The translations under genes were made by a program, and so were the position numbers. From Paraspadella gotoi (Eukaryota; Animalia; Chaetognatha), in the NCBI GenBank assembly GCA_051294375.1, contig CM119264.1, forward strand, positions 7,151,814 to 7,215,813: 64,000 nucleotides of DNA, read 5' to 3'. Below, in pieces: positions 50,676 through 64,000 of the stretch; the stretch's first letter is position 1; the number at the start of each line of letters is the position of its first letter. Under the pieces are notes generated by a model. The model was not told where the DNA came from and made no database searches. It saw nothing but the letters and a program-made list of their open reading frames with translations.

Positions 50676-52072
50676 TGGGGTTTATGTTAAACGAAGAATA
50701 ATCCGGCGAAAATATTGGGCCCAAAAAACTTGCCATAAAAAAACTGGCCCAAACATTTAGCACAAGGCCAAAAATTTTTATTATTATGTCTTTTTTTAAA
50801 TTTTTCATTTAGATGTCTTGTACCAGGAAGAGCCAGAACAGCATTCAAAAAAGTTTTTCTTGGTCATTTCATCATGTTATGTGATTAACCCGTGAGCTAG
50901 GAGTTCAAAAATTTAATCGCTCACTCTTCAACTTAATTAAATTTTCATTCATACTTTATCATCTTAATTTTTTTTATTTCTTTTTTTTTTCTTTTTAATT
51001 CAAACTTTGATCATTCAAATTGTTTCATTATTTATCATTTAGTATTTTTTTTTAATCAGAGCTATCTTTACCGAGTCATCTTTATAACAAGGAATTCGCA
51101 AGCATCAATCTAACCATTACAACTATTAAAATATTGAATATTAGATAATCACCTAAGTTAATAATATTAAAAATATTATTTTAAAGAAAGGGCTTCCACT
51201 TCCTGAGTCAAATTGTATTCCACCAGCCCACAGTTTCTGCATTAGGTCTTTTTTTCAAAAGGACACGAAAGTTGTTTCCAGTGCTGTCCATAAAGTTCAC
51301 ATCGACTACCAGGAATTCTTCGCCGAATGGAAAGGATACTGGTCCGAAAAGAGTTGAGGCGGTTGTTGGATAAACGTCCGTATATGTTTGATTTTCAAGC
51401 GATTAGATGTCGCGCGTATCTTTCCGAAAACCGCCCCGTACCAAATTGTTTTGAAGACCTTCGGGACCTTGTTAATTTAATTCAAAATTTTAATTATTTA
51501 ATAGATTATAATGGTTTTCATTTTTTAACTTATAATAAAACTTTGTTTTTAGTATGACCTTGTTCTGTCAATCTGACCGAGCCAAATCCGTCGTTCAGGT
51601 CAATAAGCTGAAATGAATGAGCGAGACCGCAATGAATTACTTCATGAGAATTAGCCCAGGAAAGTTGTCGGACTATCAAGCAAGCAGTTTCAGTACAGAG
51701 ATATTTTAACTTTTCAATGTCAACTCGGTTTTTCGATGAATAAAAACTCGGAGAATGATAGCAAGGTTTCGATTGAATAGAAATAACGTTCTTGTTTTCC
51801 AGCTGGTAGCTTGTCTCTGAATACGGGCAGAACCTTTCCTCTGAGAAAATCGCCAAGCGGCGTTTCCTGTGTCTGGTAGAGTTCCGCCTAAAATTTAAAG
51901 ACAGAATTAATTTTTGGATTTAAAGAGGCTCCTAAAGTTGTTATCTTTTCTAATATTTTCAAAGTTAAATTAAATCAAAAATTAATCTTTTTTCAAAATT
52001 AAGTGATTGATAAAAAAGAAACGTAAAATGGTGGTGGCGGATGCAGGCCTAGAATTCAAAAGCCATATTTGT

Positions 52073-53090
52073 AAATCAGGCAGTGTGTATGAGGATAGGA
52101 AGAGAAGGGAAGGAGCAGGGCGTTAACCTGAGGTCTTTTTAGAAAATCAGGCAGTGTGTATGAGATAGGGAGAGAGAGGAAGGAGCAGGGCGTTAAACCT
52201 GGAGGTCTTTTTTAGAAAATCAGCAGTGGTATGAGATAGGGAGAGAGGAAGGAGCAGGTGCGTTACCTGGAGGTCTTTTTAGGAAAATCAGCATCAGTGA
52301 TGTGTATGAATATGGGAGAGAGAGAAGGAGCAGAGGCGTTAACCTGAGAGTTCTTTTTAGAAAATCAGGCAGTGTGTATGAGATAGGGAAGGAGAGAGGA
52401 AGAGCAGGGTCGTTAACCTTGGAGGTCTTTTTAGAAAATCAGGCAGTGTGTATGAGGATAGGGAGAGAAGAGGAAGGAGCAGGGCGTTAACCTGGAGGTA
52501 TCTTTTAGAAAAATAGGCTAGTGTGTATGACGATAGGGAGAAGAGAGGAAGGAGCAGGGCGGGTTAACCTGGAGGCTTTTTAGTGGGGGGGGGGAAAATT
52601 TAGCAGTGTGTAATGAGATAGGTGGACGAAGAGAGAAGGAGCAGGGCGGTTAACCTGGAGGGTCTTTTTATAGTAAAATCAGGCAGGTGATTATGAGATA
52701 GTAGTGAGGGAGGAAGGAGCCAGGGCGTAACCTGGAGGTTTCTTTTTAGGAAAATCAGGCCCAGTGTGTATGAGATAGGGGAGAGAGAGGAAGGAGCAGG
52801 GGCCGTTAACTGGAGGTTTTTTTAGAAAATCAGAGGTCAGCAGGGTGGCTGTTGGTATTGAGATAGGGAGAAGAGGAGGAAGCGAGCAGGCGTAACACCT
52901 GGAGTCTTAGAAAAATCAGGCAGTATGTTGTAGATGATAGGGAGAGAGAGAAAGGAGTCAGGTATATACGGGCGAATTAACCTGGAGGTTTGTCTTTTTA
53001 GAAAATCAGGCAGTGTGTATGAGATAGGGAGAGCAGAGAAGGAGCAGGGCCGTTAACCTGGGAAGGAATCTTTTTAGAAATCAGCAGTGT
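52073..53090 (+). repeat. Minisatellite, unit about 69 bp, about 14 copies
   Basis: Consensus AAAATCAGGCAGTGTGTATGAGATAGGGAGAGAGGAAGGAGCAGGGCGTTAACCTGGAGGTCTTTTTAG. Confidence 0.96.
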
Positions 53091-53952
53091 TGTTGGGGGG
53101 TTGAGGGAGATTTAAAGAAAAGTGGAACTGCGGAGGGGGGGATGCCATCTCGGCGATCCGGGGGATTCGGGCAAGGCCAGGGGGGGGAAAAACAAAAGTT
53201 TTTGGACCCGATTGTCTTGTTTGGTCGATGAGTTAGAAAAACATGGAACTCAATTTGGCCGATTGGCTGAGTAAAAAAAAACGAAAAAAAGAAAGAAATA
53301 CGAGAAGGGAAGCTTTTAATAAAAGCATTTACCATTCGATATTAACTGCGGGAAATATTATCTGCTAAACGATCACGCTTAGAAGCAATTCAAATAATAT
53401 TAATAATACTTATAAATTTAGCTGAAAAACGGAGGAATACATCCATTTTATATAATTATTGATTGTGTAATTTTTACCTTTAGTCGCAGTGCATCGAAGT
53501 GACGAGTCAGAGAGAAAAAAGCGCTAGAAAAAAGTTGAGAGAGAGACTCACAGAGAAAACCTTGGATGATGAGTTGATGACGAAGGATATTTTGATTCCA
53601 TGTATGTATAATTGTACCTTGCGCATGCGCAATCTTGGATAAACCTTTTTTTTTTTTAAACCAAACACTGACGAGATGATCTTGAGCCTGTGCCCCAAAA
53701 TAGCTTTCTCCTTCTTTCAAGTTTATTCAAGAATTAAGTCAGACGTTTTAAATTTTCTTTAAACTTCATCTTCGTCCGGAAGCTAATGACTTTGAGTTGA
53801 ATCCTTTCATTTTCTCAACCGTTTAATTTCAAATTCATTCGCATCGTGAATTCAAAGACCAACTGAGAAAGGGGGACGCACAATGGCGAGCCAGTGAATC
53901 AGGTAATTTATATTCAGTTACTTATATTTGCACTCTCTCTCTTCTCTCTCTC

Positions 53953-54072
<120 letters not shown>

Positions 54073-54074
54073 CT

Positions 54075-54113
<39 letters not shown>

Positions 54114-56079
54114 TCTCTCAGGAGAGTCGTATCAACTCCTTGCAACATTTTTTTTTCCTCTTCGTATTTCCGCTCCTCTGATTAATTATTCGATAAAATT
54201 CTCGCGACTCTCGACGCTTCATCTTTATCGTATTCGTATCATCCTGCTCCCTTCTTCTTATATTTTCTTATATTTTATTTATTGATAGAATATATTATAT
54301 ATTTATATAAAATATAAGTTGGTGGTCCTTACATCCAATTGAAAGAATTAAAAATGATACAGCACTTCTTTGATAGGAAAGCCGAGCACAATGGGAGTAA
54401 ATCAATCAGACTTTTCGAGTCTTGATTAAAAGCTTGAGAGGGTCATGCAAAATTATTATCTTTTAAGAGGGATGGAAGGCCATACCTCTCATACCTCTCA
54501 TCCTGCCTCTTTTATATTTCTCCTTCATACTTCTCTTCTTTCTTCCTCCTCTCTTATAATAAGTCTTCACAAAATAAAATCTCTTCTCGTTAAGAATTCA
54601 TCCTCTTATTTTCCCCGCGGATTCGGCTCGATCCGCCGATGCCGCCGATGCTGCCGATGCCGCCGATGCCGCCGATGCCGTCTCTTCGCCTCCCGGGGCG
54701 CTCATGCAAAATACTTAAGAGATGCTGCGAACGAGTTGAGTATTAGCGAGTAAAGTTGTAAGACGTTATGCGTCCCCTTTCTCATTACGATTGAATTTAC
54801 GATCGTTTAAATATTATTTTTCAATATTTTTTTTTACGTAAAGGTATAAAGACAGGAACGAGTGCCTTTCTCCTTGTCTCTCTGTCGATCTGTCTTTTTG
54901 TCTCTTTGTCTCTTTGTCTGCTTTCGAATCTTTTCTCTCTCCTCTCTCTCCTCTCTCTCTCTCGTCTCTCTCTCGCTCTCTTCTAACTTCTCTCCTCTCT
55001 CTCTCCTCTCTCTCTCTCTTGTTTTTGCTCTCACCCGTCTTTCTCCCCTCCACTCAGCCGTTCGAGGCAATTTGATTCTTTTCCGTTGCTTAAAATACTA
55101 TTTCCCAATTTGTCTGGCAACCGCCGTTCTCTCTTCTCTCTCTCTCGTCTCTCTCTCTCGTCTCTCTCTCTCTCTCTCTCTCCTCTCTCTATCTCTCTCT
55201 CCCAACCGTTGATTCCTTTAACCTTTCACCCTATTTCCTCCTAATTTGATTCGTTTCCCGAAAAACGAATGAAACAAATTTATTTTCTTCAAAAAAAAAG
55301 TTAATAGACTAAAATAGGACAAATAAAAAGCTGGAGTGGACTGGCAAACTACCCTTTTTTCATTTACGGAAAATTAAACTTTTTAAAAAGTAAAAGTCAC
55401 ATTTAATCATTTTAGCCCTATTATTAACAGTAAAGTGAAAAACGATACATATGTATATTCCATGAAACTAAATTAACTAACTTACGAATAAAAGTTTATT
55501 AAAAGAAAAGAATAAGAACGAGTTTCTCAAATCGAAAACTGTGACTAAAAGAAAAAAAAAAAAAAAAAAAAACCACAACAAATTTCTCGCGTCATAAATT
55601 TTGAATTTTGAAATTTCCCGACGAAAATTTCAATCATGTTCTGAGGCTTTGAATTGTTGTTGTCGTTGTCGCGTTTTGTTTTCTTTGTTGTTGTTGTTGT
55701 CGGTGGAAAAACAAAACGGGCCAAGTCGCTGGCGCAAGTGATTGTGAAGCCGTGAAAAGTGAAAAGTGTGAAGTCGATGAAGCTTTTATCGGTGAGAAGA
55801 TGAGAGATGAGATCCCAAACGGGAGAAGCGATGTTGACTCGTTGGCTCCAGAAATTAAGGACGGATTTAATCGGCGCGAGTCAATTAAGATCGCATTGCG
55901 AGACACTTTGAAAATCAAAGATCGCATTGCGAGACGCTTGAACAAAGACCGCACCCAAAACGAGACCTCTCATTGAAATTTCTAGAACTTCTTCAAACCG
56001 GAAAAGCAGAGAAAAACCGGCGACGAACGAAACTGTGTAGGACGAGCATTGAGCGATTAAAGGGTGCGTCGACCTGCGA

Positions 56080-56116
<37 letters not shown>

Positions 56117-58537
56117 ATCTTCTTCTTCTTTCTCGACCATCGCGTCTCATTTTATTTACCTCGACGACGAAAACAAAAACAACATTAAAACGGGAGATAA
56201 AAAACAAGCTAACGACGATCGCGACAACGGCGGCGAGAGGGAAAACGAGCGATATGACTTCGAGAAAAAAAAAAAGAACATCGTCTCCGAGGAGAATGAA
56301 GACGACGACTGCGACGACGACGACGAGAACTTTCTAACGTTGATAAGAATTTTCATTTGAAAAAAAAAAGAGAGAGAGAAGTAAATAGTAAATTGGTATA
56401 GCGTCTTCGCAGCGCAGTGATAACAAGCGATCGTTTTTAGATTAAAATTAGTTTACTTCAAAATATCCGCTTGTCCTGGTTTAAGCTTTTTTCCAGGATG
56501 AAAAATAAACCTACTAAGTTTGTTTAGCAAACGTACTGACAAAAATCCGAATAATAAGAGACAACATGGTTTCACAGACATTATTACTAAAATACAAGAT
56601 ATTCGTAACCGACTACAGTAAAGTTTTTATCAAGGCTCCTCGCTTAGGAGTCCTCAGTCCTCCCTAATCAGAGGCTGGATTCGTAATTTGCTTATTTACG
56701 AAGCGATTAACCCAGTGAATCGAATCCACGCCGCCAGAGGGAAGAGACATTGTCGCAACGAAATTCCACACCTGGAGTCACGGGCGGAACGAAAGCAGCA
56801 CAATTGTGTGGTTTTTTTCTTTGTTTTTTTTTAATTGAAAATTCATGTTTTTTTTTTTGGCTATGGAAAACGCTTCTGTTTTGTCTAGTGGGAGTAAACT
56901 TAAAAAACCTCTGATCTGTTCAAGACGAAAACTAAAATAATAAAAAATGACCATGGGAACGTAAACATGAAAAAGAAACATCGATAAAGAATTTCGTCTT
57001 AACCAAGAATCTTCTGGTTTATTCGGTTCTCGCTGTACTAATCTCCCTCACCGCTCCCCGGGGGTCATTACGATTTCCATATTTCCGTCACCGGNNNNNN
57101 NNNNNNNNNNNNNNNNNNNNNNNNNNNNNNNNNNNNNNNNNNNNNNNNNNNNNNNNNNNNNNNNNNNNNNNNNNNNNNNNNNNNNNNNNNNNNNNNNNNN
57201 NNNNNNNNNNNNNNNNNNNNNNNNNNNNNNNNNNNNNNNNNNNNNNNNNNNNNNNNNNNNNNNNNNNNNNNNNNNNNNNNNNNNNNNNNNNNNNNNNNNN
57301 NNNNNNNNNNNNNNNNNNNNNNNNNNNNNNNNNNNNNNNNNNNNNNNNNNNNNNNNNNNNAGAGAGAAGATGGAACGATAGAAACATACAACACCAGATG
57401 TTTGGTTGTCATAATGTTTTTGATCGGGAGACAGATCAAAGAAGATGGTGATTTTTCATAATTACAACTTAATTGAAGTTTTGCTCACAACAAATAAAAC
57501 AATAAACAAAACAAGGCGGAATCATCGATAGCGAAGAAAAAAAACGAAACAAAACCAAACGTTTTTCGAAATCAAACGTNNNNNNNNNNNNNNNNNNNNN
57601 NNNNNNNNNNNNNNNNNNNNNNNNNNNNNNNNNNNNNNNNNNNNNNNNNNNNNNNNNNNNNNNNNNNNNNNNNNNNNNNNNNNNNNNNNNNNNNNNNNNN
57701 NNNNNNNNNNNNNNNNNNNNNNNNNNNNNNNNNNNNNNNNNNNNNNNNNNNNNNNNNNNNNNNNNNNNNNNNNNNNNNNNNNNNNNNNNNNNNNNNNNNN
57801 NNNNNNNNNNNNNNNNNNNNNNNNNNNNNNNNNNNNNNNNCCAATTCGGGCTTCACATCATAAAATGATGACAATAAAGAGCAAAATACGTAAAGGGAAA
57901 GAGAGGAGAAGATGCGAAGGTGACGCAGGTGAGGATTCGGAGCGCAGTACAAATGACAGCGTAACCCAACCTCGTCTAGAACTTCCTCATATTCCGATGG
58001 AAAGAAATAGCAGGGAAGCAATGATGCTGACGGTTAACCGAAACCAACGNNNNNNNNNNNNNNNNNNNNNNNNNNNNNNNNNNNNNNNNNNNNNNNNNNN
58101 NNNNNNNNNNNNNNNNNNNNNNNNNNNNNNNNNNNNNNNNNNNNNNNNNNNNNNNNNNNNNNNNNNNNNNNNNNNNNNNNNNNNNNNNNNNNNNNNNNNN
58201 NNNNNNNNNNNNNNNNNNNNNNNNNNNNNNNNNNNNNNNNNNNNNNNNNNNNNNNNNNNNNNNNNNNNNNNNNNNTTTTTTTTTAAATTTATTGAAAGGA
58301 AAATAAAATAGGAGGACGAAAGTTGAATCGGAAAAAGGAGAAGCGACTTTGGATGGCGAGAGGTCGTCGCCAAAATCCTTTCTCTAGTTTTTATGAAAGA
58401 TATAAATTATTTTTTAAATTCGATATTTCGAAATAAAACTTGAACGGAGGTAGCCTTTAACGCTATTTAGAGGCTACAGAAGCGCGCATCGACAGATGCT
58501 AAATATTTAAACTCTTGATTTTATTAAATGAATGGAG

Positions 58538-58679
58538 TGTGGCGGTAAATTCACACCGCCTCACATCCACCCTCGTTCAGCCAATACCATTGGCTCAGAG
58601 GGGGAACGCATCATCCCAAGCGTTGCGTTCCATCCACAGTCCTAACGACTATGAATATGACTATGAATATACCGCCACA
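58538..58679. mobile_element. 142-bp MITE with 16-bp TIRs (TGT..ACA) and 4-bp TSD GGAG
   Basis: ggag|TGTGGCGGTAAATTCA...TGAATATACCGCCACA|ggag, with the TIRs 15/16 identical. It is homologous to 44660-44765. Confidence 0.7.
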
Positions 58680-59879
58680 GGAGACTATTTTTTCAGTTTC
58701 ATCTTTTATGCAAATTTGTTATGTAAGTAAGATATTAATATCCTACAAACCGTATGTACTTATAGAACATATCCTTTATTCAAATAAACTTGCACTAATC
58801 TACTAATCTGCTTATCGAAAGAAAAAAAATGTTCAAGATTCCAGTCANNNNNNNNNNNNNNNNNNNNNNNNNNNNNNNNNNNNNNNNNNNNNNNNNNNNN
58901 NNNNNNNNNNNNNNNNNNNNNNNNNNNNNNNNNNNNNNNNNNNNNNNNNNNNNNNNNNNNNNNNNNNNNNNNNNNNNNNNNNNNNNNNNNNNNNNNNNNN
59001 NNNNNNNNNNNNNNNNNNNNNNNNNNNNNNNNNNNNNNNNNNNNNNNNNNNNNNNNNNNNNNNNNGGGGGGGGGGAGAATTGCCGTGAATGCTGCGAGGG
59101 CGTCTGAGAGGGCGGTGGCCTCCCATTTCAAGTTTACGATCAACAAAAGAAAAGAAAAAGGAGGGAAAAAAAAGGAGGAAAGCGGAAAATTAGAGGGGAG
59201 GAATGGGGTTGAAATAAGCGGAATAAACGCGCGAAGAAAGTGAGGCAAAAAGGTAAGTCGAATGGAAATGAAACTTGGGTTTTTAGGGCATATGGTAAGT
59301 GGTAACGTATTCTGAGGATATAAGATGCTCGGAAGGAAGAAGAAAAGAATTAAGCCAAGAAAGAAAAAAAAAGGAAAGAGGCATGTGGACTTGTGAGAGA
59401 AAGAGACAACGAACGAAATTAGAAAGGAAAGAAAGATAAATAAAGGAGAGAGCTAAATGTTAATCTAAAAAGGGAAAGAAGAAAGAGTTTCGGAGGAAAA
59501 GATGATCTTGGAGCCAAGTCGTTAGCCAAATCGTTTCAAAGTCTCTCAGTACAAAACTTTTTTTTTTCTTCCAAAAGGTGAAAACAATTTTCGATGCAGA
59601 ATCGTTCAGTTTCGTTCAAATTCGCTTTCTGGTTAGAACTACTAGACGGTAACTTTAAATCACACGCAGTTTCTGTCAAGAACAAAAAGTTACCCCCCCC
59701 CCGCCAAGGTTTTCTGGAAGGCATCCAATAAAATGGAATTAACGAAGTTTCGAGCTCAAAGCGAATAGGTGAACAGATCTCAGGACTGTGAAATGAGAGG
59801 GATTGGTGAAAGGCGGAGGACAGACGCTCTCTTTTTTTGTGAGAAGGGAATCCGAGAGAGTATAAAGAGGAAAAATGAC

Positions 59880-59909
59880 GGTAAGGTAAGGTAAGGTAAG
59901 GTAAGGTAA
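59880..59909. repeat. (GGTAA)n pentanucleotide repeat
   Basis: About 6 copies, directly visible. Confidence 0.85.
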
Positions 59910-60802
59910 TATCACCGTTGGGGTTTGTGATGTTATGAATCGAGGCGCATGTAAAACAGACACCCCGTTATAATTATAGTAGTCGCAGACAGATCGTTTA
60001 GAATCACTTAGTATATATGGTGTGAGATAATAATATGAGTAACATGATATAAGTCACGTGATGAGATGTGAAGTGGAGTTTTTTTTCTGAGTAGTTTTTC
60101 ACATCTCGTTTACTACCCAAAGCTCAAAACGATTTTTTTTTTGGACAAAGCAAATAACATACGTAAAAAAGATGCTGTAAGCAAAAGGCATCAAAGTTAA
60201 CTACCGTTAAACAAGAAAAAGACGACGACAAGAAAAGGAAAAGAAAAAAACGAAACTGAAAAAGTAGAAAAGAAAAAGAAAAAAATAGACAGAAAAGAAT
60301 CACTGGCGATAAAGGACGACGTATATATTAAAGTGAGATATCGGGAAAAAAAAATAAGAAAAAGTAAAAAAATTTAAAAAAGAAGCAAAAAGTAGTAAAA
60401 AAAACCAAATAAAGACAGACAGTCGTCCTCAAAAGTATTAATTCGCGACTAAATATGCAAAATCGAAGCTTAAATATTCTCAGAGAATGGGGCAGATCTA
60501 AAAGAACTTTGTTGTCATTTAGTTTAAAATTTGTCTGCTCATAGTTAAAAAAAAATGACTTCACCATTTTTCTAAAGTAGAATATTCGTAAGAGTAAGAA
60601 GAGAGAATCCGATATATAAGAAAGAGAATAAGCGAATAATCTCATTCCTGTCTTCCCCCTCACTCGGTCGCGACCCGCATAATGAAAATCTCATTTGCAT
60701 ATTGGAGTCTGAACCCTTAAGACATCATAATTCAGAAAATTAGAGGGAGAGAGAGCATCTCCCCCGCCTGAAGGAATGAGGATGAGGAATATTAGGTCCT
60801 CT

Positions 60803-60959
<157 letters not shown>

Positions 60960-63761
60960 TTTATTGATCACGCATACATAACATTCAAAAAGGCATAAAT
61001 CTTCTTCTGAAATGCGGGGGATGAGAGAGCGAGAAGATGAGAGAAAGAGAGAGAGAGAATCTTCTTCCTTGATTGAACCAAAATAAGTGAGAAATCTTTT
61101 CGCTTCCAGCAAATAGTTGATGCAATTCGATCTCTGAGGATATTTGTAGTACAGAGAAGATTACCTATTGCAATTTAGTTTCTTCTACTTCTGCGATTAG
61201 ATTACATGGTCAAAAAAGACATTCATTTCAGCTCCTTTATTAATGATGTAATGCGGTTCATATTTTGACAAGCCACCATTTTGCGGAGATGAAGGAAGGT
61301 CATCAGGAGACAGAAGAAGGAAGAAGCGAAAAAAAACGAGAAGAAAATATAAGAAAAGGGAAAGTGGCGAAAACTCGTCTAACCAAAGATTATGAGGTCC
61401 TCATTCTGAATTTTTCTTCCACTTTCTTTGAAGCGTCGAATCCCCGCCTCCATTTTTTCTTGCTTCTCCGTTCTCCACGCCCCCTAACCCATTCCCCTAC
61501 CAGGGGCCCTAGTAGTCAGCGTGGCGCTTTTTGAACGCCCCGTGGTTCGTGAGCGCGATGCTGGAAAGTAGCAAATACCTAAAAGCGGGAAGGATGCCGC
61601 AAAGACTCAGATGGCAATGCGTTAAAAGGAGGTGTGATGCCGATAAGAACCTCGAAACTTACTACGGAAAAAAAATTAAAAAAGAACCATAAAATAAAAT
61701 GTGAAAAATTTATAAACGATAAAAAAAATTTAAATGAGGGTAAATCGTTAACCAAAATCAGGATAATAAATAAAATGATACAAAATCCCGAAAAGGCCCT
61801 TGGCAAGATTAAAAAAAAATAACCAGCAGGCGCATTTGCGCAAACCACTGAATTACAGAAAAAAAAAGTTGCTTCGACGCTGCAGCAACTGTTGCCTCGC
61901 TGCTGCGGCAAGCGTTGCCTACGCTGCTGCGGCGCCGCGGGAGACGCCGCCGCCTTTTGGAAGCCGAAAACAAATGATCAATCTTCCGCCTGATTCCTTG
62001 CGTCGGCAGAAGGACAAAATGGCGGCATAGAATTAATCCTCGGAAAATACGTTGTATTAATAAATGGTAATTTCCTTTTATTATAAGAAAAAAATCTGAT
62101 TTTAGCATTTGTTATCCGTTTATAATAATACTTCATTATTTACATTATTTTCAAAAAAATCTAACAGTAGACAAAGTAATTGAAACCGAATTTAAACTGT
62201 GGAAATCATTTTTCTTAAGAGCTTGATTTCGCTATCTGCAAGTTTGCGTCATCGTAATCGTTTAAACTTTAAACTTTAAAGTATTGATTTATTCATTTCT
62301 TCATACCTGAAGTCCAAGTTTTGATGTCAAAAATTATTACAAAGTGGCGAGAGAAAAAAAGAGTTAAAGAAACTTGAGGGAGGGAAAAAAGTGGAAAAAA
62401 AAAGGGCGTGGAATGGATTTGGAAAGGAAAGGAAAAGATAAGAGACGAAGGGAGAAAAAAATAAGAGGTTTCAAGCGTTTTAGATAAGTTTTGAGGGTTG
62501 AAGGCCGTTGGTATCCGATTCCACTCTCTCCTTCTTTTCTCTTTTATTTCGTTTTTTTTTTTCCTCGGCCTCCTTTCTCACTTGAGTTTTCCACTAAGAA
62601 GACCACCCTCACACCTCCTCCTTCTTCCCTCTTCTTCCACTCTTCCTCTCCTCTTCTCCACATCTTCCTTCTCCTCTTCCTCCACCTCTTCCTTCTCCTC
62701 TTCCTCCTCCTCTTTCCTTCTCATTTTCCTCCTTCTCTAACTCGTCAAGACTCTGGTTTATTTACAATAAACGACAAAGAGGAAATGAGACAGATAAATA
62801 TTGTAATCCTTCTCTTGGCTTTGTTGTCCTCGGGTTGCGTTGTAGAGCATCGCCAGCCCCCAAAAAAGTAGGAAAACATTTTTTGTTGTTGATTGTTTAT
62901 AAATATATATATATGGTGGACTAAAATCCAACAACAGTTCATCAGAGAAGCAAAAACTAATACCAAATTTAAAAAAAAAAATTTAAAAATAAACGCGAAA
63001 ACTGTTTCCCCTTCGCAACTGGATTGAAATTGATAAATGGTATTTTTGTTTTGTCCTGTTGTAGTCCAATTGCCCGAGCCCTTTGTTGTAATGCGCATAA
63101 ATATTAGAAAAGTATTGGGCTTGCGATTGAACCTTGGCCGACAGAGGGAAGATTGTAATTTGTTTACTCTTGTTATCAACATGTTAATCTCATTCTTAGA
63201 AGAAAAAAATATTAAACATTCATACATACTTTTTTAACGTTATTTTTTATTTTTTCGCTCGAGTCGCGTCTCGAAGCGAAGGATTTTTCTGCCGATATTT
63301 TATGGAATTCGCGTTTTATCTTCGGTGTCAGGGACAGAGGAGACAAACTTGTCCTTGCGGTGGATGGAAGATGCGAACTTTGTCCTCGAGGATCTCAACT
63401 TTTTTTTTTCGCGCGACATGAGTCGCTTTTTTTTCTGAGAATGACAAGGTCGCCTTTATTTAGGGGCTTTTTGTTTGGAAGTGTCACGGCGTTATCACCG
63501 AGGTTCGTCAGTAGACAATTAGTCATGGTTGCTTTTTTTAATCTTTAAGGTTTTGTCCCTTATCTTGGAATTATGTAATAACATATGAATTCATTATAAA
63601 AATCCCAATAAATTAAAATATATATTTACTTCCGTTTGCTTGAGGTATGTGTTATCAACGCTTAGAAGTTATGACCGGTTATAACCTTCCTGAATACGAC
63701 GGATGAAACGCAAGCTCTGCAAATCTTGATATAACACTTCGCTCTCCCTAGAATACGAAAA

Positions 63762-63804
<43 letters not shown>

Positions 63805-64000
63805 GCCTCTTTCTCCCACTCACTCCCTCTTTTCCTCTCCCCCTATCTATTTCTATGTCATTCTCGCCAAAGTCGTCTTGTCCATTTTTTTCTTTTTCCC
63901 TTTTTGGGACGGTCAGCAAAGTAGCTGCTGGACGGAGGGTCATTAGCACAGAAAGATAGAAGGAAGAAAGAAAGAAAAAAGGAAAGAAAAAAAGAAGCTA

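Noticed and set aside
55752-58049. Acidic or low-complexity ORFs (55752-56360, 57865-58049) and a 31-bp tandem duplication near 55887-55945
   Set aside because: They have no recognisable homology or convincing splice pattern and are fragmented by gaps.

Overview
Animal (metazoan) genomic DNA from a draft scaffold. It mixes accurate contigs, N-gaps and indel-rich stretches that look like single long-read gap fills. Nearly all ORFs in the supplied track come from AG/CT or GAC microsatellites or run through N-gaps. Two spliced genes can be reconstructed. (1) The last two exons of the RBR E3 ligase Ariadne-1 (ARIH1) on the minus strand at 923-1548, frameshifted most likely by sequencing errors. 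(2) A type I membrane receptor with at least four Ig-like domains on the plus strand, nine exon segments at 36177-45596, with consistent splice phases wherever both boundaries are visible. About 1770-7620 reappears inverted at about 10950-19680, most likely as a haplotype or gap-filling artefact. The window also holds three tandem arrays (about 63, 156 and 69 bp units), DINE-1/Helentron-like elements, a TTAA-flanked Kolobok-like element, TTAGGG-containing MITEs and a small TG..CA repeat family with 4-bp target-site duplications (TSDs). I found no convincing new biological system. The best leads are a 60-bp duplicated splice donor and a Gly-rich insert in the receptor's second Ig domain, a short repeat that appears to have gained terminal inverted repeats (TIRs), and unidentified exon-like segments between two satellites at 48-53 kb.
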